Shown piece by piece: positions 53,578 through 64,000 of a stretch of 64,000 nt of DNA. Below the pieces are notes generated by a model, which had not been told where the DNA came from, searched no databases, and saw only the letters and a program-made list of their open reading frames with translations. The position numbers and the translations under genes are program-made. Numbering within the stretch: position 1 is the first letter of the stretch; each line of letters starts with the position of its first letter. This DNA is from Neoconidiobolus thromboides FSU 785 (lineage: Eukaryota; Fungi; Entomophthoromycota): positions 1 through 64,000 of the forward strand of contig MU626334.1 in assembly GCA_025603075.1 (NCBI GenBank). Reading direction: 5' to 3'.

Positions 53578-55129
53578 ATTTCTGTTTAAAAAAATGGTAT
53601 TAGATAATTTATCTGGTTATTTATATACTCTAAAAAATCAATTTATTATTCGTGAAATTGAGAATTAAATAATAATTTTAATTTATTAAATTTATTAATA
53701 ATGTTACTTACTTTAGTAACTTGAAAATTAAAATTATTTTAAACTATTTTTTATGCAATGTATGCACAAACGTACTAAACTTTCAAATGGTCCGCTTTGA
53801 AGATCTATTTTTCAATAGTTAACAATTAAAAAGTTAACTGGTTAAAAGTTTAGTACAAGTTTATGCTTACATTAAATAACAAAGACTATAAATTGTAATC
53901 TACAAAATTTAATATAACGACTATGTTGATTTCTTGTGTTATATGTAATTGATGTTACTTCTATTATCATAGTCAAACTAAAATAGAGGAAAAGATAATT
54001 TAATTAAGTTTTATATTAGATAGATTATCAAATATTATAATAATAAATAAAGTTAAATGATAACTTATATTAAATTATTTAATAAGAATCGATTGCTTTT
54101 TTTGTTCTTTAGATCAATCTCTGTCCAAAGTGTTTTATTTGAATAAAAAAACATTTTAACTATTTAAATAACTGGACTAAGGAATTCAAGCTATCAATAA
54201 ACCACTTTTGAGGAGGTAAATAGTGTGTTGATGGAGCTTCTGTCCTTTAAAAGTCTGAGAGATAAATTGTGAATTATATTGTTTCTACATTTCAATGAAG
54301 GTATTCATTAATTTGGGAATGTAAATGAGTTTTAAGATGTTAACTAATGACTTTTCAATATAAAATAATAATAGAAATTATTTGAATAATAGAAATATCA
54401 AATCAATAAAAAATAGATCGAAATCAAATAAGACCTCAGTTTGGCTCTGTAATTAATATAAATATTATAGTAAATAAAAAATTTCAAAGTTGCCATTAAA
54501 AAGCCAAGTTTCGTAAATCTACAATTTTAATTAAGTTTGAATTAAATTTGGGGTATAATTTATCTTTTATTAAATTTATAAACTGGGGTAAAAATAACAA
54601 ATTAATAAAATCAATTCAAAATATAAAAAAATACAAAATTAATTAGCTTTAAGGAACTAGAGATCATTGAAGTAAGTTAACACTAAAAAAAACATATTTA
54701 TTTGGATTCAAACGCTATATTAACACATCTTAAAAATATCAAAATAAATAATTCAGGTGTGATTATTAATTTTTAAAAAGGCAAGCAAAATCCAAAATTG
54801 ACATTTTAGCAGGCCGAATTTTATTAACGAATTTCAAAAATATCAACAAAAAAAATGGATTTTAAACGGTTAAAAAAAATCATAACAAAAATAGCCAAAA
54901 TAACACGTTAACATGGGATTTGGAAGCTTTCTAATATCAACAGTATTTTTAAGGCGTTGAGTTTAGATAACTAACAGCTCAACATTATATTAATAAGAAA
55001 GTAATAATAATTTACATACTTTTAGCTTTTTATTTCTTTTCTAATATTTAAAGATACATTAATTTGTTATTTATTTCTTTTCTTTTTATTTAATATTATT
55101 ATCCTTTATTCAATTTATAAACTAAAATT

Positions 55130-58100
55130 ATGGAGAATTTAAGTTTACAAACTTCACCAACATCGGAAGATTTATTATTAAGTATTGAAAAAGAAAAAGA
55201 AGAATTAAAAAAATTAAAAAAAGTAATAGCTTTATTTTACTTTATTTATATTAATGTATACTAACCCATTTTCTTTATTATTTCTCTAGGATTTAGATCA
55301 ATTTAAACTTCAAAACAAACGATTATTAAATCGCCATCAACGTATTATAGATGGTCAAGAATGGGAAGATGCATTGAATAATTTAAAACAAGTATCTCAA
55401 ACAAAACTTGATGGTATGAATCTAGTTAGTGGAAAACTATCTTATAAAAGACCGTCTAAAGAAAATTTAAATGGTTCCTTAGGTTTAATATCTAATAGTA
55501 AAGCTGACTTGTTTATTAAGCCATTAGACCCAGCTACAATTATAAATGATTTAGATAATAATATTAATAATGTTAAAAATCAAAATTTAAGTCCAATATT
55601 ACATTATATTTCTTTGCCTGAAATAACAGAATCAACTCCTAATTCCAGAGATATGGATTCTACTGATACTTCCAATTCTTCTAATGAAATAGAAAATGAT
55701 TTACCTCTATTACGTCAAAATCAATATAATCATCATCATAATTTCCAGTATCGAAACACAATAGCCATTGAAATGAAAGAAAATCCCATTGAAGAAGAAG
55801 AAGAAGAAGAGAATTTTTATGATGCTAATTTACAAGTATCTAATTTAACTCAAAGACAAGCTACTTCTTTACCTACATCACCCAATTTAAATTATTCTAC
55901 TTTATCTAATGAAGTTAATAGTCAGGATGATATCAATCATCATCAAGATGATCACCTTTCTTTATCTTCTTCATCACAAACTTCAATGGATTATTCATAT
56001 TATGAAGATTTAAGTGAAGCCGATGATTTTTTATCTATTAATTCACAATATGAGCAAGGAGAAGAAGAATTAATAGAAACTTCAGAAGAAGAAGAAGAAG
56101 AAGAAATTCAACAACATATGTTAAGTAATATAAATGAACAATCTAGTCCCTCTTTGATTTTAAGTTCTTCATCTACATTAAGTGTACCACAATCTATCAT
56201 TCATAATGATAAACCCTATTTTGATGAAACTGTACAAACACCAATGTTAATTTCAGATAACATCACAGAGAATTGTACATCTTCTTCAAATCCTACACCT
56301 TTATTGGAACTTAATGATCAAAAGATAAAAGAAGAGGAAGAAGAAAAAGAAGAAGAAGAAGAATTATATTCATTTGATAACTTAAATCCAAATCCATTAA
56401 ATCCATTAGGAACCAATTTACATAAAAGACAAAAATCGAAATTTTCCATTTATAGTGCATCTACTTATCTTTCATGTAATGAAAACGAAAGTGAATTTGA
56501 AATTCAAGACGAGGATTCGGAAGTTTTTAATGACTGTGAGGAAATTGTAGATAAAAAAGAAATCTTTGAAGAAGAAGAAGAAGAAGAAGAAGAAGAAGAA
56601 GAAGAAGAAATTGGAATTTCTATTAGTAGAGTCAATACAATAACAAAAGAAAATTTAATTGATTTGGAAACGCCAAAAAAGCTACCAATGAATTTAATAA
56701 AACCTATAGAAATTGAAACAAATTCATATCCCATTGATATCGAGCTACAAAATGATATAATGAATAATAATGAGTTAAGTACTGCCTTAGACAATTTAAA
56801 TTCAACTGAAGAAAAAAGACAAAGTTTTGATAATAGTTTAGGTTTAAACTCCAATGTTAATGATATTGAAGATGGTAGTATTAATTTTCGATTAAGTTTA
56901 GGTTCTCTAAAAGAAGAATTAAACAATATGGTAACTAAATTAGAATACAAACCAAGTTTAAATTTTCAATTAAGTGGTAGTAATAATAATATGGAAAAAC
57001 AAAACTATTTAAGATCTGGTCAATCTACTTTAACTAGCGCTTCTATCCTTTATCTAAATGAAAGAGATTCTAATAGAAATTCAAAAGATAGTCATTTTTT
57101 AAACAACAATAATAATGAATCAACTACTTCTTTTATTAATGAACAAATTTTAGATAGTAATCATTGTCAACTATTATTAAATGATAATACGAACAATAAT
57201 AATAACTATAATAATAGCTATAATGATAATACAATTGAATTGACTACTTCAGATATTAACATTAACTCAAAGAATAATAATGATTTAATTGAATTTAGTC
57301 CCTTAAATTTTGATAGTCCAAAGAATGAAGTTATATCATCGTCAATTAATCAACACTGCACTAAAGAATCTTTATCTTCATTACATGAATTAATGTTTAA
57401 TAAAGCATTTAAAAATCAATCTCAACAAACCTCATCGAATTATGATAATAATACAGAAACTAAAGAAGAATCTAATATAATTGGAGATGCTACTATTACG
57501 CCTAAAAGGTTAAAAGAAAAATTAAATTATTTACCACCATTAGAAAAAAGTAATTTATTAAAAGATGTATTAACTATATTTGATGAAACTAGTCAACAAT
57601 TAAATAATAAAGAAGAAATTATTAAAGAAAGTAATAATAATAATAATAATAATAATTTTATTCAACAAGATACTTTTCAAACAAATAGTTTAAGTTATCA
57701 CACGATTAAAAATTTTAATAGTTATGATGTAAATTTAAAGAGTAACACAATTCATATTAATAAACTAAATCATAAATTATCAAAATCAAAATTGGGATTG
57801 AAGTTAACTAAATCTTTAGATAATCAAAATAATGAATTAAATACAATGTATGAATTAAATAGTTTAAAAGGGAAAGGAAAATCAAGTATCTTCAGTAAAA
57901 CACCAACAAGTAGTTTAAGAAATAAATTATTAAAATTTAAAAGTAGCCAATCAAATTTATCTATGGTAAATAAATTTCAACATAATAATTTACATCAACA
58001 TAAAGAAAACAATATTAAATCCAGTTCAAATTTAAGTTTAATTAAAAAATTCAAAAAAATGATGTTATTTAAAGATAAACAAATGACTATATCAACTACA

Positions 58101-59807
58101 GGTGCTTATCGATTATTTCAATTTTCAAGTTTTAAGAATCATCCCTATCAAGCACCCTTAATTGCTAGTGGAGATGAAATATCAGCTAAATTATTAAGTA
58201 GTAAGAATGCCTATGTTTTAGAATGTGAATATTCTATCTTTCTTTGGTTTGGTAAAGATAGTAATGATCAATATCAAAGAGAAGCTTCAAGATTTGCTGG
58301 TGTAAGTATTAATAATATATAATATTTATACTTATTTTAATGTTAATGTTAATCTTAATATTTATTTTAGTCATTATTAAAAAGTTCTCGTCCTGAATTA
58401 CCAGCCCATCATACTATTCGTGTAGAATTTGAAGGTAGTGAACATTCCAATTTTACTAGTAAATTTAAAGATTGGGATGAATTAAATGAAATGAAAGATA
58501 GTTTAACTGGCTTAAAATCAGACCAAAGTAAGTTAATTAAAAGAATTTATAATTATTTATATAAAATATATTTATTAATATATAATTTAATTTAATTAGA
58601 TATTAATCATAATAATCTATTAAAAATATATCAAACGACATATCATGATCCTTTGAATGAATTAGATGAACATACATTTGTATCTTTAAAAATATGGTTA
58701 ATGAAAAATCAAGATGAGCATTTAGAATTAAATGAACGTGAATTTGGTATATTTTATAGTAATGAATCTTATATATTATTATATCATTATAAAGATTCTT
58801 ATCAAATGGATCATCATATTATATTTTATTGGATTGGCTATCATTCTAAAAGAGCAAAAGAACCAATATTACCACCTAGTAAAGTAGCTTTAGATAATAA
58901 TGTAGAAGCATTAATGGTACAAATATTACAAGGAAAAGAACCGTCTTTATTTATGAAATTATTTAATGGAATATTGATAACAAAATGGGGAAATCGTCGT
59001 AATCAACTATGTAATCCTAATGAAAAAGTAATGTATCATGTAATAGGTCAACAATCAGATCATATTAAAGTTGAACAAACTTCATGTCATAGTAAATATT
59101 TATGTTCTGGACATTCATTCATATTTATTTATAAAGAAAAAGTATATATCTGGCATGGAATTGGTAGTTTTTTATTTGAAAGATTAGCTGCAGTTAATGC
59201 TAGTAAAAAATTAGCCCCACCTCATTATCAATTACAAGAAATTCGAGAAAAATTAGAACCTAAGAAGTTTTTTAATTTAATTGGGGAAAGAAGTGATTAT
59301 GCTGATGCTTTACAATGGGCAAGAAAACCTTTTTTATTAGGTCAATATAAAGTTCGATGTTTTGAATTGAAATTGAATGTAGATTTACAAACATGTAATA
59401 TAATTGAAATTTATAACTTTCATCAAAGTGATTTGAAATTAAATAAGATCATCTTATTAGATACTTATTTTGATTTATTTATATGGTTTAAATATTCAAT
59501 TAATCAAGATCAATTAAATTGGATTAATTATTTAAATATGAGTATGGAATATACTAATTTAATTAATTTAAAAGAAAATCGACCTTTTAAATTGAAACCT
59601 ATTATGGTACTTCCAGGTCATGAACCCTTAGAATTTATTGCTCAATTTCCTGGATGGTCTGGACCTTTTGATTTATTTAAAAAAAATCCTATGTTTAAAC
59701 CTACTACGTTAAAGAGGAAACAATCTGTTTACGCACTTCCAGTTGAATATATATTGGCTAAATTAGGTGCTAATCCTTCTCCTTATCAATCTAAAACATT
59801 ATTTTAA
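55130..59807 (+). CDS. Gelsolin/villin-repeat protein with ~900-aa acidic low-complexity N-terminus (4 exons)
   Basis: Exon 1 from ATG 55130 splices in frame to 55290; gelsolin motifs YSIFLWFGKDS, EFEGSEHSNF, FYSNESYILLY...IFYWIG, QGKEPSLF, VYIWHGIGS, ILLDTYFDLFIW, GHEPLEFIAQFPGW. Confidence 0.85.
56569..56610 (+). repeat. (GAA)n microsatellite encoding poly-Glu
   Basis: About 14 consecutive GAA codons. Confidence 0.92.
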
Positions 59808-60035
59808 ATAATTTAAATTGATTTTCTTATCTTTTCTTATTTTTTATGTAATAGTTATTTTATTCGCATTATTATTTAATTAAAAAAATATTATTTTTAT
59901 TTATTATATTATTTTAAATTATTTCTTTAAATTATTTCTTTAAATTTTATATTATATAAAAAATAAAGATTTAGATTAATTATTAAAATTAAAAAAAATT
60001 CCATATTTGATATCTGGAATTATTACTAATTTATT

Positions 60036-60142
60036 AAATGGGGGTGTTTTTTTTAGTTTCATTACTTTTCTCTATTTTTAAGCGCTATTTGAGTAGAAAA
60101 GCTATTAGTAAAATTCTTAAACAAAAAAATACATCCCCAAAT
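60036..60142 (+). mobile_element. MITE copy 20, TSD AAAT
   Basis: AAAT-GGGGGTGTTTT...CATCCCC-AAAT. Confidence 0.92.
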
Positions 60143-60493
60143 GTTCTTATTAATAAATTAAATTAATAAATCAATTAAAAGAAGTAAAAAGTAAATTAAA
60201 AGTAATGATTGATAAAACAAAATAATTGTTATATAGAATTATTAATGAATCAATATAATATTAATAAACAAATTGTAGTAATAATAATAAATATATCTTT
60301 TATTTTTTAACATTTGATAGTTCAATTATTTACTTCTATCAATTTTATATTTTAATTAAGTTTTCGATTCCATTTATAAAAAAATAATTATAGAACATAT
60401 TTAAATTAAAAATGAAATAAAAATGAAATTGTTCTTTACTTTTATTTCCCATTGATTTCATTTTAATTATTGATTAATTAAAATCAAATAAAT

Positions 60494-61378
60494 ATGCTAC
60501 TCCTTCTAACGCTATTAATGAGCTATTTTCATTTCATCAATTCCACCAAATCATGTCAATCCTCTGGTAGTGTCTCTATTATCATGGATTCTACTATTTC
60601 TAGTTTACAGGATATAACTTCAATATTAGAAGAAAATCAATATAAAAGTAGTATTTTTTATTCAACTACGAACTTAAGGTTTGGACTAACTAGTGAACAA
60701 CAAGAAATATTAAAGAGTCAATTCCATGCTGGTCATGAAATCGGGATAAAATTGGAATTAAATAATAATGAGAAGGCAGTAGATAAAGAGATCTTAACTA
60801 ATCAAAAGAAAATTCATTCCATAATTCAAAGATATCCAAAATTCATTATGTATCTAGAAGCTATAAAAGAAGTTATAAAGCCAACATTATCTATTCTCAA
60901 TTTAATCTCAATAACACCTAACTTATCAATTGAAGATATACAATCCGATCAATTACTTACTTTATTTGATAAATATGATTCAAGTGAAACTTCCTTTATT
61001 TTAGATTTGTCGAATAATAATATAAGTTTATTAAAATTTAATCAATTAATTGAAAATATTAAAAAGAATGGGTTTACTGTTATTCCATTGAGTCAATGTC
61101 TAGGGGAGTCCTCTAGTTATAATTTCAATTTATTAGATATTGATATTAATAATAAAGATGATACTGAAAAAGAAGAAAAGAATATTTCAAGTAAAGAAGT
61201 TATGAATATAAAAGAAGATAGTGACGAAAGACAAATGTATGAAATAGAAGAGAAAATTATACCAAGTAAGATAGTTCGCTTAAAATTTTTTGGAAATAAA
61301 TATTCCACATTGTCTGAAGCAGAAGTTAAAGTTAATAAAAACTTAAAAAAACCCAAGAAAAAATATAGGAAAGAGTAA
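60494..61378 (+). CDS. Secreted CE4 / NodB-homology (chitin-deacetylase-like) protein lacking catalytic motifs
   Basis: Signal peptide, Cys, VSIIMDS (for ALTFDDG), KSSIFY (KATFF), AGHEIGIK (GHQIGSHTWSH), GFTVIPLSQCLGE (GY.FVTV.ECLG). Confidence 0.7.
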   Translation: MLLLLTLLMSYFHFINSTKSCQSSGSVSIIMDSTISSLQDITSILEENQYKSSIFYSTTNLRFGLTSEQQEILKSQFHAGHEIGIKLELNNNEKAVDKEILTNQKKIHSIIQRYPKFIMYLEAIKEVIKPTLSILNLISITPNLSIEDIQSDQLLTLFDKYDSSETSFILDLSNNNISLLKFNQLIENIKKNGFTVIPLSQCLGESSSYNFNLLDIDINNKDDTEKEEKNISSKEVMNIKEDSDERQMYEIEEKIIPSKIVRLKFFGNKYSTLSEAEVKVNKNLKKPKKKYRKE

Positions 61379-64000
61379 GAAAGAATGAAGAGGTGAGAAG
61401 ATGTCAATTTAGGGATATAATTAATAATAAAAAACCATCTTAATGAATGAAAAATAATTAAAGTTAAAAGTTAAAAGTTAATTCTTTGTTATTATAAATT
61501 TATATAATTTAATTATATATTATTATAGTTTATAATATATGAAGTTATTTTTCATTTTAATTTTTATTCATTTTATATATAGCATTGACATTGAATGATT
61601 TGTTAGTAAAATGAATAATAAAAAGATATTAGAATATGAATTTTGATACTCAAACTCATACAAAAAGTACACCAAATCATGGAACCTATCTAATTTATGT
61701 ATTCATTTAAAATAATAGAAATCTATAATGCGCCTTTGATTCTCTTCTCTATACTTGACTGAAGTTATCTTTAAAGTAACTTTTTGCAAATTTTTACTAC
61801 TTTGTTTTATGACTTAATTATTGACCCTATTAAATAAAACCAATTTTTCATTAAATTTCTTTGCATTATATTTATTAAGAATTATTTGATCTGTAGTAGG
61901 ACCTAAAATAACATCAGTAGTAGCCAAAATTTCCCCCAACATGTGGAATGCTATCAAAACCAAGAGTTAAAGTATATCTCATCTATTTTAAAGCTTAATT
62001 ATCATAAGCCATTTTAGAAATATTGATTAATAGTAAATTGATAAGGCAAGAAGCTAAAGCAGATGATTTATAATTTTCTCTACTTACAGTACAATAAATA
62101 CCACAATCCCTATCATAAGCAGTGATTCAAGGCCCACAGTTTGATTTAGTTTCTGAAATTGATATTAACTCAAATTACTAGAATTATATTGTATAGCTGT
62201 AGTTCTTAACATATCATTAGCTAGAGGGCAAAATTTTCAATGCCTAACAAATGGTTATCCGATTGAATAGTTCGGAGCTTTACTATGATATAATTGAAAT
62301 CTTCAATTCTAGGGACCACATACAAATAACCTTCCTCTTTGTTTGAAGGTCGAAGTTCCATAATGTTTAAATTTTTTATGACATGAATAGAATTTGTGAT
62401 CTTAATTAAAAAATTATCAGTACAATATTGACGACATGTTATATAACATGATTTAAAATCACGAAAAGAGCTCTTTCCTTCATACTATTCAACAGATTTA
62501 CTAATGATTTCTTTTCCTACTATTGATAATTATATTGATACTTTGGTAGTATATCTACTCCAAATTATACTATATTATGGTCAATTTTATGATAAATCTT
62601 ATCTAAATAAGTCAATCCAAATAAATTTTTATCTACAATAGTAATAATAATAAAAAATAAGACCGATAAAGTTAAAAACATCTGGTTTTCTTAAATCTGT
62701 TTGATACATTTTAGTTTTATATATAGTTTTCTTCCAAATACTTTGAATATTAATTATAAATCAAACATGATAATTTACTTATTAATATATTAAAATATAA
62801 GACTGATTACAATCTTATAAAAATTCTTGTATATATCGTAGAAGACTTCATACCTAGTTAAAATATTATTTGATACATTATTTTATCTTTTTATATCAAC
62901 TGATTTATTAAGTTTATGTCAAATTGCTTATAATCCTTTGATTCTAACGATTATTCGATTTTCTAATTTTTATGAGTGCTCAAATTATTCTATATGCACA
63001 GCAGTTATGATTATTTCTAAAATAATTAAACTACAGCAAGGAATAAAGATAAAACAAAAAGTAGCCCAACTACCTAGGCTCAACTATAAAAAATTCCTAT
63101 TCCTATAATTTGTTTTATTAAATCATTATATAACATTTTTCATAACTAATCACCTTTTTTGAGGAAATTTGAGTAGTAAGAATATAGAAACATTACATTT
63201 TATTTTAGTTTACAAGGAAAATGCTTACTTATAGACATGAATACTTGGTATTGTAACTAAAAACTTTTTATTGATTTTTAACCAAAAAAGGATGATTACC
63301 TATAAAATGACTCTGACTTATATTCTGTTAAGATTGTAATAGTAGTGTATGTGAATATCTTTGTTTAATTTTTTATCCATTTTTTAAACAATAAAAAAGT
63401 TGAACAACTTATTAATCAATGTTCAAATGAAGACACCTATATACTAAATTCTGTTTATTTATTTAAATATACCAATCCGAAAGGGAAAGTGTTAAAATTT
63501 GGTTATAAAAAATGAGCAATCTAATTGAAATTTGAGAAGTAGTATAATATATAGACGCTATGATGAAGTTATAAAATTGGACCAATGAACTCCCTTAGAA
63601 GATCTGTTAGCGATAACTATAAATGTTCGCATTCATTTATAGTCAAAGCGACTTACTCTAAAAAGAGAATATTGATTTAAGGTGATGGTGCTATATTGAT
63701 TGAAATTTAATCAATAAAAAGCTTATGAAGAATCCAAATCATTGATGCTATAAAAAAGTAGTGAACAGATAAAGTGATATCAGTTAAAGCTCCTATTATA
63801 ACAAAAAGAGAATAGCTCAAGCCTGAGAGTTAATAAAGTGACTTTTAATAAAGACTATTATGTATGATTTTCAAAAGAAGTGGTAGTATTTACAGCCAAA
63901 GAATCGGTGAGAAACTCTATAATACACTTCTCTATATTCAAATAATTATCATTCCCTCATCATTGGCTCAAAACTATACAGTTATGCAAACGAAGTGTAG

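Overview
Very AT-rich eukaryotic DNA with short (~45-100 nt) GT-AG introns. Gene content points to a fungus, probably an early-diverging lineage such as Entomophthoromycotina/Conidiobolus (inference, not verified). Intact genes: three LigE/GSTFuA-like glutathione transferases (plus one pseudogene), a Fungal_trans-domain transcription factor, CEF1/CDC5L head-to-head with SNU23/ZMAT2, a BolA3-type protein, two stand-alone receiver-domain proteins, a NEM1-like phosphatase, an orphan membrane protein (plus its pseudogene), SSR4, HADH, SMG1, a small secreted Lys-rich protein, a gelsolin-repeat protein and a catalytically degenerate CE4 deacetylase. Intergenic DNA carries about 20 copies of a ~98-bp MITE with GGGG/GAGG termini and 4-bp AT-rich target-site duplications; excising it restores the frame in two pseudogenes and matches one empty site. 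Also present: an older subfamily of that MITE, a probable solo LTR, another dispersed repeat, several F-box/LRR pseudogenes and a 139-nt hairpin. Top leads: a PAM2 (PABP-binding) motif in a previously unlinked first exon of SMG1, the MITE family with a CpG-decay signature, and the strand-biased pre-miRNA-like hairpin at 24.3 kb. All coordinates and splice models were read by eye.
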